Both the position numbers and the translations under genes were made by a program. From positions 1 to 39,585 of the forward strand of contig JBIJCW010000003.1 of NCBI GenBank assembly GCA_044344495.1: a stretch of DNA of 39,585 nucleotides, in the 5' to 3' direction. Positions 25,522 to 35,796 of the stretch are shown one piece after another (position 1 is the stretch's first letter; each line of letters starts with the position of its first letter). This stretch comes from Kiritimatiellia bacterium (GTDB lineage: Bacteria; Verrucomicrobiota; Kiritimatiellia; CAIKKV01; CAITUY01). Under the pieces are notes generated by a model. The model was not told where the DNA came from. It did not search any database and was given only the letters and a program-made list of their open reading frames with translations.

Positions 25522-27186
25522 CGCCAGCTTCCTGTACTTGCCCCGGCGATGCAGAAGCCGGTCCTGGTTGCGCACCAGCACCTTCTCCTCGTAGTCCGCA
25601 AAATTACCTTCAAACCACCGAAGCTTACCCTCGCCTTCAAAAATCAACAGGTGGGTGCAGATCCGGTCCAAAAAGTAACGATCATGACTGATCACCATCA
25701 CACACCCGGGGAACTGGTTGATCCCCTCCTCTAACACGCGCATGGTGTTCACATCCAGGTCGTTGGTCGGCTCGTCCAACAGCAGTACGTTCCCCCCCCG
25801 CTTTAACAGTTTCGCCAGATGCACCCGGTTGCGCTCCCCGCCGGAAAGTTGACCAACCTTCTTCTGTTGTTGCGCTCCCCGAAAATTAAAACGCGAAAGG
25901 TAGGCCCGGGCGTTCATCCTGCGATCCCCGAGTTGAACCTCATCCTCCCCGCCGGTGATTTCTTCAAAAACAGTATTCCCGTCCCCTAAAGCATCGCGAT
26001 GCTGGTCAACATAGGACAACATCACGCTCTCACCCAAAGTCAGACACCCCTTGTCCGGCACCTCCTGTCCGACGACCATGCGGAATAGCGTCGTTTTTCC
26101 GCAGCCGTTCGGCCCCACAACACCCACCACCCCGCCCCGGGGAAGATTGAACGAGGCATTATCCAGCAACGAAATCCCGCCATACCCCTTACTCACCCCT
26201 TCCAAGGTCAGCACTTTGTCACCCAAGTGCGGCCCCGGGGGAATCTGGATAAGCACATCATCCTTCTCCACCTCAAATCGTTCACCAGCTAATTCCTCAT
26301 AGCGGGTGATACGGGCCTGCCCCTTCTTCCGCCGTCCCTCGGGAGAACTGCTGATCCATGCCAACTCATGCGCCAAGACCTTCTGCCTCTGGCTCTCCTT
26401 CTTTTCCATCTGCCTCAGCCACTCCGCCTTCTGCTTGAGCCACGATGAGTAGTTCCCTTCAAACGGAATCCCCCGCCCATTCTCCATCTCAAGGATCCAC
26501 TTGGTAATGTGATCCAGAAAATACCGGTCATGCGTCACAACAATGACCGTGCCGTGATAGTCCCTTAACGTTTTCTCCAGCCATACCACCGTCTCCGCAT
26601 CCAGATGATTGGTGGGTTCATCGAGCAACAGCAGGTCGGGCTTCTCCAGCAGAACCTTGCACAAAGCCACACGCCGCCGCTCTCCGCCGGAAAGCGTGCT
26701 CACGTCGGCGTCGTCGGGCGGCAGCACCAAGGCATCGGAAGCCACATCCAACAACCGGTCAACCTCCCAGGCATCCATGGCATCGATCTGCTCCTGCAGG
26801 CGGCTCATCTCATCCATCAACTTGTCCATTTGGTCTTTCGGACGCTTCTCACCCATGGCATCCGCCACCTCGTCGTAGCGCCGGATCAGGGCATGCACGG
26901 GCTCCAACGCCTCCTCTAGATTGCCTCGCACCGTCTTGCCGGGATTCAACTTCGGCTCCTGGGGAACATAGCCAACCCTCATCCCCTTCGCCAATTGTGC
27001 CGTCCCCATGTAGTCCTGATCCATACCCGCCATGATCCGCAGCAAACTGGTTTTTCCGGTCCCATTCTCGCCAACAATGCCGATCTTGGCACCGTAAAGA
27101 AACGAAAGACTCATCCCTTCAAAGATAGTCTTTTCAGCGTAATTCTTGGCCAGATTCTGGGTCTGAAAGACAAATTGTGGCGGCAT
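25513..27186 (-). CDS. ettA: Energy-dependent translational throttle ABC-F protein EttA
   Basis: LSFLYGAKIGIVGENGTGKT, two ABC cassettes, LSGGERNRVHLAK, FEGNFADYEE, basic C-terminus. Confidence 0.93.
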   Translation of the reverse strand: MPPQFVFQTQNLAKNYAEKTIFEGMSLSFLYGAKIGIVGENGTGKTSLLRIMAGMDQDYMGTAQLAKGMRVGYVPQEPKLNPGKTVRGNLEEALEPVHALIRRYDEVADAMGEKRPKDQMDKLMDEMSRLQEQIDAMDAWEVDRLLDVASDALVLPPDDADVSTLSGGERRRVALCKVLLEKPDLLLLDEPTNHLDAETVVWLEKTLRDYHGTVIVVTHDRYFLDHITKWILEMENGRGIPFEGNYSSWLKQKAEWLRQMEKKESQRQKVLAHELAWISSSPEGRRKKGQARITRYEELAGERFEVEKDDVLIQIPPGPHLGDKVLTLEGVSKGYGGISLLDNASFNLPRGGVVGVVGPNGCGKTTLFRMVVGQEVPDKGCLTLGESVMLSYVDQHRDALGDGNTVFEEITGGEDEVQLGDRRMNARAYLSRFNFRGAQQQKKVGQLSGGERNRVHLAKLLKRGGNVLLLDEPTNDLDVNTMRVLEEGINQFPGCVMVISHDRYFLDRICTHLLIFEGEGKLRWFEGNFADYEEKVLVRNQDRLLHRRGKYRKLALR

Positions 27187-27286
27187 GACGTCCTCTTCTT
27201 CCGTCGGTTATCGGGCAAACGGCTGGTACAATACGCACCTGCTCGCGACAACTCAAGCCCTGTTGTCGCTTTCATTCCAATGCGTC

Positions 27287-27691
27287 TTACCAGGGCAAAA
27301 CGTAACACCGGTCCAGGAGAAAGGCGTTCTCAATATGGCGCACGACCGGCAACTCTCCATCCGGCCCGCCGACAATCTCCACCACATCGAACCGGAAATT
27401 CACCGGCTGCTTCAGACGCTGGAGATAGCGAACCGCCGCCCGCGACAACGCATGTCGCTTGCGCCTGTCTACGGATTCGAAAGGCCTGCCGTACCTCTCG
27501 CTCTTGCGGGTTTTAACCTCCACAAATACAAGCGTCTCCTGCTCCCGGGCCACCAGGTCAATTTCATCCCTCAACCCGACTTTCATGCGTCGACCGATGA
27601 TTTTGAATCCCTTGCTTCGCAGGTACAGTTCCGCCTGTCCCTCTCCCCATAAGCCGGCGCGCAAATGAAATGGCAGAAAGGACAACTTCAC
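27287..27691 (-). CDS. YraN (UPF0102) family protein
   Basis: GLWGE..AELYL, EIDLVA, LVFVEVKTR, RFDVVEI, HIENAF. GTG start overlaps the rnhB stop (GTGA). Confidence 0.9.
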   Translation of the reverse strand: MKLSFLPFHLRAGLWGEGQAELYLRSKGFKIIGRRMKVGLRDEIDLVAREQETLVFVEVKTRKSERYGRPFESVDRRKRHALSRAAVRYLQRLKQPVNFRFDVVEIVGGPDGELPVVRHIENAFLLDRCYVLPW

Positions 27692-28359
27692 TGCCCTCCC
27701 TCCCCCTGCTCCACGCCCCCTCCACGAGACCCAACCATCCGAATCACTTCCTGCACAGGCCGGAATGACCGGCGATGCTCCCGACATGGCCCATACTCCA
27801 GAAGTGCCTGCAGGTGGGCCTTGGTGCCGTATCCTTTGTGCCGCGCAAATCCGTACTGCGGATAAACCCGGTCAAGTTCCAGCATGGTGCGGTCACGGGC
27901 AACCTTCGCAATGATACTGGCGGCGGCAATACTGAGACTGCGCGCATCCCCTCCCACAATCGCCTGCGAGGGACAAGGTAAACCCGGAACAGGAAGCCCA
28001 TCCACCAAGGCGAAATCAGGCGCAGGAATCAACCCGGCCAACGCTCGACTCATTGCCAGATGCGTGGCCCGAAGGATATTCCGATCATCAATTTCGTCAA
28101 CGCAGGCAACACCAACGGAATAAGCCAAACAGGGCGAATTCGTCAGGAAGGCGAATAGATCATCGCGCAGCGTTGCCGAAAGACGCTTGGAGTCGTTGAC
28201 TTCACGAAGCAGTCCGTATTGCTCCGCCTCAAGAAAATCGCGATCGAACACCACGGCTGCCGCCATGACGGGCCCCGCTAACGGACCCCGCCCGGCCTCA
28301 TCAACGCCTGCCAGCCGCTTGTGCCCCTGAATCCAAGCCTGACGCTCGTACTGGAGCAA
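27688..28359 (-). CDS. rnhB: Ribonuclease HII
   Basis: GVDEAGRGPLAGPV, DSK, DG, SIAAASIIAKVARD, HKGYGT, HRRSF. Confidence 0.97.
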   Translation of the reverse strand: MLQYERQAWIQGHKRLAGVDEAGRGPLAGPVMAAAVVFDRDFLEAEQYGLLREVNDSKRLSATLRDDLFAFLTNSPCLAYSVGVACVDEIDDRNILRATHLAMSRALAGLIPAPDFALVDGLPVPGLPCPSQAIVGGDARSLSIAAASIIAKVARDRTMLELDRVYPQYGFARHKGYGTKAHLQALLEYGPCREHRRSFRPVQEVIRMVGSRGGGVEQGEGGQ

Positions 28360-28370
28360 CCGGCTTCTCC

Positions 28371-28736
28371 TCAGGCTTCAGAAGCCCTGGTCTTTTCGCG
28401 CAACTTGGCACTCTTGCCGGCACGCTCACGCAGATAGTAAAGCTTGGCGCGGCGCGACTTGCCGGAACTCTCAACCTCAAGCTTGGCAATGTTGGGCGAA
28501 TGAACCGGGAAAACCCTTTCCACTCCAACACCATGCGAGATTCTCCGGACGGTAAACGTTTCGGTAGCCGCATGCCCGTCACGGGCAATAACCGTCCCCG
28601 TATACGCCTGCAACCGTTCCTTGCCGCCTTCACGGATCCGAACCTGGATCTTGACGGTATCACCTACACTGAACGAGGGAAGGATATCCTTCCTCAGGTT
28701 TTCCTTGTGAATCATGGCCAATGCTTTAGCAATCAT
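28371..28736 (-). CDS. rplS: 50S ribosomal protein L19
   Basis: [40 protein letters not shown]. Confidence 0.98.
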   Translation of the reverse strand: MIAKALAMIHKENLRKDILPSFSVGDTVKIQVRIREGGKERLQAYTGTVIARDGHAATETFTVRRISHGVGVERVFPVHSPNIAKLEVESSGKSRRAKLYYLRERAGKSAKLREKTRASEA

Positions 28737-28744
28737 AGTCACCT

Positions 28745-29422
28745 CTACTCCAACAAGTCCGGTCTCTTCTCCCGGGTCCGACATTCCGACTGATCACGCC
28801 TCCACCGGGCAATTTCCTCGTGGTCCCCCGAGACCAGAATTTCGGGAACCGCCAATCCTCTGTACTCCCTCGGTCGCGTATACTGCGGATACTCCAGTAA
28901 TCCCTCCGCAAACGACTCCTCACTCGTCGCACTATCGTTGCCCAACACCCCGGGCACCAACCGGACCACGGCATCAATCACCACCGCCGCCGGCAACACC
29001 CCGTTGGTCAACACATAGTCGCCAATCGAAATCTCTTCTGTCACCAGATGGGTCCGAACCCGCTCATCCACCCCCTCATAGTGACCACACACAAATATCA
29101 AGTGCGATTCCTGCGCCAACCGCACCGCCTTCGCCTGCTCAAAACGCCGCCCTTGCGGCGTCATCAATATCACCTTCGAGGCAGGAGTCCTGATAGACTC
29201 CACCGCCTCAAACAGCGGCTCAGGCTTCATCACCATGCCCGCTCCCCCGCCAAACGGCCTGTCATCGGTCGTCTGATGCCGATCCTTCGTGAACCGGCGC
29301 AAATCCATCGCCTGAATACTCGCTAACCCCTTCTGCACCGCCCGCTTCACAATGCTCTCTTCCAGGAACCCTTTCAGCATTCCTGGAAAAATCGTGATGA
29401 CATCAATCCGCAACGGCTCCAT
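28745..29422 (-). CDS. trmD: tRNA (guanine-N1)-methyltransferase
   Basis: [41 protein letters not shown]. Confidence 0.98.
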   Translation of the reverse strand: MEPLRIDVITIFPGMLKGFLEESIVKRAVQKGLASIQAMDLRRFTKDRHQTTDDRPFGGGAGMVMKPEPLFEAVESIRTPASKVILMTPQGRRFEQAKAVRLAQESHLIFVCGHYEGVDERVRTHLVTEEISIGDYVLTNGVLPAAVVIDAVVRLVPGVLGNDSATSEESFAEGLLEYPQYTRPREYRGLAVPEILVSGDHEEIARWRRDQSECRTREKRPDLLE

Positions 29423-29429
29423 GGCCCCC

Positions 29430-29660
29430 TTATTCCGCCACTTCCAGAACCGCACGACGCCCTTCCTTGGACGCCAGATTGCTTAACAACACGCGCAGGG
29501 AACTGATCGTTTTCCCGCTCCGCCCTATCAGCCGTCCCACATCCTTGGGATGGCACCGGAGCTCAAGAATCGTCGTCTGTTTCCCCGCCACCTCGGTGAC
29601 CGCCACATCGCCCGGATGGTCGAGCAATGCACGGGTAATATACAATACAAACTGCTTCAT
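29430..29660 (-). CDS. khpA: KH-domain RNA-binding protein (KhpA/YlqC)
   Basis: DVGRLIGRSGKTI GxxG motif; canonical position after rpsP. Confidence 0.9.
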   Translation of the reverse strand: MKQFVLYITRALLDHPGDVAVTEVAGKQTTILELRCHPKDVGRLIGRSGKTISSLRVLLSNLASKEGRRAVLEVAE

Positions 29661-29914
29661 GCGTTTGACTTGGCCGCAGCACGGGACTTGCGCAACAGAC
29701 TCTTCACTGTATCACTAACCTGAGCGCCCTTGCTCATCCAGTACGCAATCCGATCCATTTTAAGGTTGAAATTCAGACCCTTCTGCTTCGGATCGTACCA
29801 CCCGACCACTTCCAGATTCTTCCCGTCCCGCGGGCAACGACTGTCTGCGGCGACCACACGATAAGCAATATCCTTGTTCGCTCCCGTGCGGGTCATTCTT
29901 ATTTTTACTGACAT
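29657..29914 (-). CDS. rpsP: 30S ribosomal protein S16
   Basis: VKIRM, YRVVAADSRCPRDG, GWYDP, GAQVSDTV. Confidence 0.98.
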   Translation of the reverse strand: MSVKIRMTRTGANKDIAYRVVAADSRCPRDGKNLEVVGWYDPKQKGLNFNLKMDRIAYWMSKGAQVSDTVKSLLRKSRAAAKSNA

Positions 29915-29996
29915 CCCGACCTCCCTTGAATCAATGCCTGCACCTAGGCTAAGTCAGCCCCGACTACAGACGTAAAAAGCGCGGCACTATTACACA

Positions 29997-31331
29997 TTAC
30001 CGCCGAGGACGCAACTTCTTTTGTAAAGACCCCATTCGCTTGGCCATCTGGCGGGCTTGTTCAAACTGCTTAAGCAGTTCATTGACATCCTGAACCTGCG
30101 TGCCACTACCCTTCGCAATGCGCCGTTTGCGACCCGCATTGAGAATCTCCGGACGGCGCCGCTCTTTCGGCGTCATACTCCGAATAACAGCTTCGGCGCG
30201 CTTGCTAAACCGCTCAAAATCACGCCCGGCGCCCGCGGCATCCTTCATTTTCGCTTTCACCTGCCCCCCCATGGGCAGCAGGTCAAGCAGGTTTTCTAAC
30301 GGCCCCATCTTGCGCAGTTGCGCCAGTTGCCCCAGAAAGTCCTCCAAGTCCAACCGGCTCGAACGGATCTTCTTCTCCATGTCAGCTACCTGGACGACAT
30401 CAACAGCCATCTGAACCTTCTCAACCAGGCTGACAATGTCACCCATGCCGAGAATTCTGGAAGCCATGCGCTCCGGATGGAAGACATCCAAGTCGCCCGT
30501 ATGCTCACCGGTTCCTGTATACAGAATCGGGCACCCGGTAACCGATTGAATCGACAACGCCGCACCACCCCGGGCATCACCATCCAGCTTCGTAAGAATC
30601 AGCCCTCTTAACTCAAGCGCCTTGTGGAAAACATCGGCTACATGAACCGATTCCTGACCAATCGCCGCATCCACCACCAACAAGGTGTTCCGACACTTTA
30701 CGACTTCCCGTAACTCCTTCAGTTCTAGAACCAGTTCTTCGTCAATCTGAAATCGCCCGCCCGTATCAAACAGAACCACATCCCGCCCGCTCCGTTCCGC
30801 CAAATCCATGGCCCGCCGTCCAAGGACCGGCACCGCTTCACCGCTTTCCGGCCCCAGCATATCAACGCCCACTTGCCCGGCCAACTGGCGCAACTGGTCA
30901 ACCGCCGCCGGCCGCCGTATATCAGCCCCCACCAGCAAAACACTCTTTCCGTCCTTCTTCCACAACGACGCCAGTTTGGCCGCCGTGGTTGTCTTCCCTG
31001 AACCATGCAACCCCACCAGGATTACCGGCGCCGGCTTTGGATTAAGCTCCACACGCCGGTTTTGTCCGCTTCTCAGCAGCACCACCAACTCATCGTGCAC
31101 CCTTTTGACAACCTGCTGCCCTGGAGTAAGGCTGGCCAGCACCTCCTGCCCCACACACCGTTCACTGACCCTGGCCACGAAATCACGTGCCACTTCATAG
31201 TTGACGTCCGCCTCAAGCAACGCCATCCGGACTCCACGCATGGCATCGCGGATATTGGCTTCCGACAAATGGCCGTACCCCCGCAGTTTGCGGAACACCT
31301 GCTCCAGAGAATTACTCAGCGAATCAAACAC
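29997..31331 (-). CDS. ffh: Signal recognition particle protein Ffh
   Basis: ALLEADV, GLHGSGKTT, DTGGR, TKLDGDARGG, RMASRILGMGD, M-domain SMTPKER. Confidence 0.98.
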   Translation of the reverse strand: MFDSLSNSLEQVFRKLRGYGHLSEANIRDAMRGVRMALLEADVNYEVARDFVARVSERCVGQEVLASLTPGQQVVKRVHDELVVLLRSGQNRRVELNPKPAPVILVGLHGSGKTTTAAKLASLWKKDGKSVLLVGADIRRPAAVDQLRQLAGQVGVDMLGPESGEAVPVLGRRAMDLAERSGRDVVLFDTGGRFQIDEELVLELKELREVVKCRNTLLVVDAAIGQESVHVADVFHKALELRGLILTKLDGDARGGAALSIQSVTGCPILYTGTGEHTGDLDVFHPERMASRILGMGDIVSLVEKVQMAVDVVQVADMEKKIRSSRLDLEDFLGQLAQLRKMGPLENLLDLLPMGGQVKAKMKDAAGAGRDFERFSKRAEAVIRSMTPKERRRPEILNAGRKRRIAKGSGTQVQDVNELLKQFEQARQMAKRMGSLQKKLRPRR

Positions 31332-31422
31332 GGTTACCCCATAAAATCATGTGCGCGCCACTGGATGGCGCGCACCCTTGCCCGGCAGCCGACGGATCCA
31401 TTCCTGCCCCTGCAACGGATCC

Positions 31423-33900
31423 TTAGGCTCTTACCTTCGCCCCGGCAACAATCCGGAACGCCAAGCCTCCATCCGCTTTGACAACCTCGACCTTCTCCGC
31501 CCCCTGCAAATCGCCGCGCAGAATCTCTTCGGCTAACGGATCCTCCAGATAACGTTGCACCGCACGCCGAAGCGGTCGAGCCCCCATAGCCACATCAAAC
31601 CCTTTCTCCAGCAGGAATTCCTGCGCAGCGGTGGTCAGCACCAGGTCAATCCCTTTCGCCTCCACCCGTGCGTGAACTTTGGCCACCTCCAGGCCAAGAA
31701 TCTTGACAGTATCCTCTCTGGACAGTTGACGAAAGACCACGATTTCATCCAGCCGGTTGATAAACTCCGGCTTGAACACCCTTTTTACATCGTCCAGCAT
31801 GCGTTGCTTGAGCGATTCGTAATCAATCGCACCACTGGATTCAGTGAATCCAAGTCCCGCCTTTCGGCCAAAATCAGCCCCGAGATTGGTGGTCAATATG
31901 ATCACCGTATTGCGGAAATCGATGTGCCGTCCAGAACTGTCGGTCAACCGCCCCTCTTCCATGATCTGGAGCAACATGTGCATGACGTCGGGGTGGGCCT
32001 TTTCAATTTCATCAAACAACACTACTGAATACGGACGACGACGCACCTTCTCCGTCAGTTGCCCTCCCTCCTCGTATCCCACGTAGCCCGGCGGAGACCC
32101 CGCCAGTCGCGAAACAGTGAATTTCTCCATGTACTCAGACATATCAAGTTGAATCAAGGCATTCTTATCGTCGAACATGAACTCAGCCAATGCCTTCGCC
32201 AACAAGGTCTTGCCAACCCCGGTCGGCCCCAGAAAAACAAACGAACCAATCGGTCGCTTTGGATCCTTCAGGTCGGCACGCGAGCGCCGCAGCGCCTTGG
32301 AGATCGCCGTGATAGCCGGATTCTGCCCCACCACTGTTTCGCCTAGCTCCTCTTCCATGTGAAGCAGACGGGCTAGCTCCTTGCCCTCCATCTTCTTCAG
32401 AGGCACCCCCGTCCACTTGGAAACCACCGCCATGACTTCATCCGCCGTGACTTTCACCTTGCGCTTTTGGGACGATTCTCGCCATTTTTTGACGCTTTCT
32501 TCAAGCGCCTCACGCTCCCGGCGCTCCAAATCGCGCAATTGGGCCGCTTCCTCAAACTTCTGGGCCTTGATCGCCGCTTCCTTCTGGATCCTGATCTTCT
32601 CGATTCCCTGTTCCTTCTTTCGTAAATCGGGCGAGCGAGTCGTCGCCTGGATCCGCGCCCGAGCCCCAGCCTCATCAATGGTATCAATGGCCTTGTCCGG
32701 CAGGTGACGCCCTGTAAGATATCGGTCCGTCAACCGGGCCGCCGCTTCAAGGGCATCATCGGTAATCTTAACCCCATGGTGCTCCTCATACTTGTAACGG
32801 ATTCCTTTCAGAATCCGAATGGCCTCATCCACCGTCGGCTCGTTAACCTGCACAGTTTGAAAACGCCGTTCCAGCGCGGCATCCTTCTCGATGTGCTTAC
32901 GGTACTCGTCCAGCGTCGTCGCCCCAATACACTGCAGCTCACCCCGCGCCAGAGCCGGCTTGATGATGTTCGAGGCATCCATGGTCCCTTCCGCTGAACC
33001 CGCCCCCACAATCGTATGCAATTCATCGACGAACAACATCACGTTCGCTGAACGGCGGATCTCATCCATCACCGCCTTGATCCGTTCTTCGAACTGTCCA
33101 CGATACTTGGTGCCAGCAATCATCAGTGCCAGATCCAGAGCAATGACACGCTTGTTCCGGAGAATATCGGGGACCAATCCCTGTGCAATCACCTGGGCAA
33201 GCCCCTCGACAATCGCCGTTTTCCCCACCCCGGCATCACCAAGCAATACCGGATTGTTCTTGGTCCGCCGACAAAGAATCTGAATAACGCGCTCCAATTC
33301 CGGCTCACGTCCGATCATCGGATCCAATGACCCCTTCCGCGCCATCTCCGTCAAATCCCGCCCAAAGGCATTCAAGGCCGGAGTCTTCTGCTTGACCGAC
33401 GGGGGTGCCTGCTTGGTCTTGGGCTCCGGGGCCGCAGATTCCTCTCCAGGCTCGAAATTAGGATCAAGTTCCTTCATGACTTCGACACGCGTCGTATCAA
33501 CATCAACATTCAAGGCCCGCAACACTTGAGCCGCCACCCCTTCGCCTTCCCGTAACAACCCCAGCAGGATATGCTCGGTTCCGATATAGGAATGATTCAA
33601 GGTGCGGGCTTCGGCCGCCGCCAACTGCAGGACCTTCTTCGCCCGCGGCGTGAAGGGAACATTGCCAACCGTCTTGGTTTCCGGCCCTTGCCCAACCGCC
33701 TTTTCAACCTCCATCCGCAAGGCCTCGAGGGATATACCCATCCGATCAAGAACCGTCACCGCAACCCCCGACCCCAACGCCACCAACCCCAGTAGAATAT
33801 GCTCCGTCCCCACATAGGGATGATTAAATCGTTCCGCCTCAGACCTGGCCAATTGAATGACCTGCTGGGCCCGTGGCGTGTAGTTTCCTGAGTTTCCCAT
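31423..33900 (-). CDS. clpC: ATP-dependent Clp protease ATPase ClpC
   Basis: Two Clp-N repeats, [11 protein letters not shown] middle domain, [21 protein letters not shown] ClpP-docking loop. Confidence 0.96.
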   Translation of the reverse strand: MGNSGNYTPRAQQVIQLARSEAERFNHPYVGTEHILLGLVALGSGVAVTVLDRMGISLEALRMEVEKAVGQGPETKTVGNVPFTPRAKKVLQLAAAEARTLNHSYIGTEHILLGLLREGEGVAAQVLRALNVDVDTTRVEVMKELDPNFEPGEESAAPEPKTKQAPPSVKQKTPALNAFGRDLTEMARKGSLDPMIGREPELERVIQILCRRTKNNPVLLGDAGVGKTAIVEGLAQVIAQGLVPDILRNKRVIALDLALMIAGTKYRGQFEERIKAVMDEIRRSANVMLFVDELHTIVGAGSAEGTMDASNIIKPALARGELQCIGATTLDEYRKHIEKDAALERRFQTVQVNEPTVDEAIRILKGIRYKYEEHHGVKITDDALEAAARLTDRYLTGRHLPDKAIDTIDEAGARARIQATTRSPDLRKKEQGIEKIRIQKEAAIKAQKFEEAAQLRDLERREREALEESVKKWRESSQKRKVKVTADEVMAVVSKWTGVPLKKMEGKELARLLHMEEELGETVVGQNPAITAISKALRRSRADLKDPKRPIGSFVFLGPTGVGKTLLAKALAEFMFDDKNALIQLDMSEYMEKFTVSRLAGSPPGYVGYEEGGQLTEKVRRRPYSVVLFDEIEKAHPDVMHMLLQIMEEGRLTDSSGRHIDFRNTVIILTTNLGADFGRKAGLGFTESSGAIDYESLKQRMLDDVKRVFKPEFINRLDEIVVFRQLSREDTVKILGLEVAKVHARVEAKGIDLVLTTAAQEFLLEKGFDVAMGARPLRRAVQRYLEDPLAEEILRGDLQGAEKVEVVKADGGLAFRIVAGAKVRA

Positions 33901-33922
33901 GATTTCACCCCATCCTCGCGGA

Positions 33923-34984
33923 TTAACCTTCTATGGTAGCCCGCCTGACAACTTCCCTCACTCTTGACGCCCTCAACTCATCCCGATCTTCCGGCTTCAC
34001 ATGCTGTCCCGCCGACTTTTGAAGATGCCCGGGCTGCGAACATAACGTCAACCTGTTAATATCCGACATTCCCAACCCCTTAATCATACCAAGATCGAAC
34101 CCAAGGCGCAATCCGGAGAGCAGATCAAGGGTCTCACACGAGGTCAGCACGCGCGCATGGCACAAAACACCATAGGCCCGTCCAATAAAATCCCGAATCC
34201 GATTCTCCCGCTGCTCCATCAGACGGGCCCTGGCATTCCGCTCATGGTTGGCAATTTCATTCACAATCTGAACCAACCGCTCGATAATCACAACCTCGGC
34301 TTCACCCAGCGTGGTTTGATTCGAAATCTGAAACATGTTCCCGGACGCTTCCGTCCCTTCCCCCAACAGGCCACGCACCACCAGTCCGATCTTGCCCAAC
34401 CCTTTGATGATCGGCTCGATTTCATTCGTTAGTCGCAAGGCCGGAACATGCATCATCACACTGGCTCGCAACCCGGTACCAACATTCGTCGGACACGCCG
34501 TCAGATATCCAAGTTCAGGCGAAAAAGCATAGCGAACCTTCTCCTCAATCTCCGAATCCAACGTGTTTATCTCACTCCAAAGCTCATGCAGATGGAATCC
34601 AGGCCGCATTGCCTGCAGACGAAGATGATCCTCTTCGTTCACCATAACCCCAAGCACCTCATCCTGTCGCACCACGAGACAACTCCCCCGTGACTTCCGC
34701 GCCAACTCCAAACTAATCAGATGACGCTCATGGAGGAAGTCCTTGTCGTGGAGCGGAATGGCCGCCATGTCTACACCCATGGCCGGGTCAAGGGCCTTCA
34801 CCACTGCCAGCACTTCCTCCACTTGCCGCTGAACCCGCAAACACTCATCTTCCCCTGCCCATCCCGGAAAGGCCAACCCATGCAGATTGCGAGCCAGCCG
34901 AATCCGACTGCTGATGACAACCATGTCGCGCCCGTCTTCGGGCAACCACGCCCCGGGCCTGCCTGCCAAGTCATCCAGCGTCAT
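33923..34984 (-). CDS. mcsB: Protein-arginine kinase McsB
   Basis: [39 protein letters not shown]. Confidence 0.95.
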   Translation of the reverse strand: MTLDDLAGRPGAWLPEDGRDMVVISSRIRLARNLHGLAFPGWAGEDECLRVQRQVEEVLAVVKALDPAMGVDMAAIPLHDKDFLHERHLISLELARKSRGSCLVVRQDEVLGVMVNEEDHLRLQAMRPGFHLHELWSEINTLDSEIEEKVRYAFSPELGYLTACPTNVGTGLRASVMMHVPALRLTNEIEPIIKGLGKIGLVVRGLLGEGTEASGNMFQISNQTTLGEAEVVIIERLVQIVNEIANHERNARARLMEQRENRIRDFIGRAYGVLCHARVLTSCETLDLLSGLRLGFDLGMIKGLGMSDINRLTLCSQPGHLQKSAGQHVKPEDRDELRASRVREVVRRATIEG

Positions 34985-35456
34985 GCTCGGTCTCCTGAAT
35001 CATATCCCGCACACGGGCGGCACCTTCGTAATCTTCACGCTTGATCGCCGCTTCGAGATCAGCACGTAGCTTCAACACACGCGCTGTCGCCTCCATCCCT
35101 CGCCGGTCAAGTCCAGGAACTTTACCTTTATGCACCACCCCTTTGTGCATCGCCGCCAACATCGGCTTGAGATCCTCACCAAACGCTTCATAACAGCGTT
35201 CACACCCCAATCGCCCAGTCTTCTTGAAATCCGTGCCTCGAAGATGGCAATGCGGACAACTGCGCTGCAGCAGACCCGAAATCTCGTCGCCACCCGCCAG
35301 ACCAAAGAGAATCTCAGGAATGGACATGACATTCTGAACATTCAGCCCGCTTTCCTCCGCGCATTCCTCGCACAAGTGCAGTTCCCGACTGTTACCATCC
35401 ACTATCTGCGACACATGGATGGATGCCTCATTTTGATGACAACTATCGCACTGCAT
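34971..35456 (-). CDS. mcsA: McsA activator (four CxxC motifs plus UVR domain)
   Basis: CDSC, CEEC, CPHC, CERC, HKGKVP, EDYEGAARVRD. Confidence 0.93.
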   Translation of the reverse strand: MQCDSCHQNEASIHVSQIVDGNSRELHLCEECAEESGLNVQNVMSIPEILFGLAGGDEISGLLQRSCPHCHLRGTDFKKTGRLGCERCYEAFGEDLKPMLAAMHKGVVHKGKVPGLDRRGMEATARVLKLRADLEAAIKREDYEGAARVRDMIQETEHDAG

Positions 35457-35702
35457 ACACTACGCACTCCTCTTTAACCCCGCACACCTTGGCTTGACAC
35501 CGCCTGCTACAGAAGACAGCTACTGCACGGCTCCAAGGGCAGATATGCCCATACAAAATGAGCTCATATTAGTCGCGCTTCTATGCCAAAACAACCTGAT
35601 TCTGTCACTCGGCAACATTGGTCAACATTTCGCAGATAAACTATCCCCTTCTGGCACGGTCTTTTAGCACATCTTCTGTCTGCCACGCCGCGAATCCCAT
35701 GA

Positions 35703-35731
35703 TTGACATCCATCCTTACTTCGCGTACCGT
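35703..35731 (+). promoter_or_regulatory. Sigma70-type promoter for the secreted protein gene
   Basis: TTGACA-17 bp-TACCGT; GGGAGG RBS before ATG 35797. Confidence 0.55.
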
Positions 35732-35796
35732 ATTATCTAGGATTATTGCTGGGGGTTGAACGAGTGAGTGTTTATGCATGTTACAGGGAGGACAAT

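Noticed and set aside
35651-35690. CTGGCACG...TTAGCAC as a sigma54 promoter or CIRCE element upstream of mcsA
   Set aside because: GG-to-GC spacing is 12 rather than 10, and the CIRCE right arm (GAGTGCTAA) is absent.
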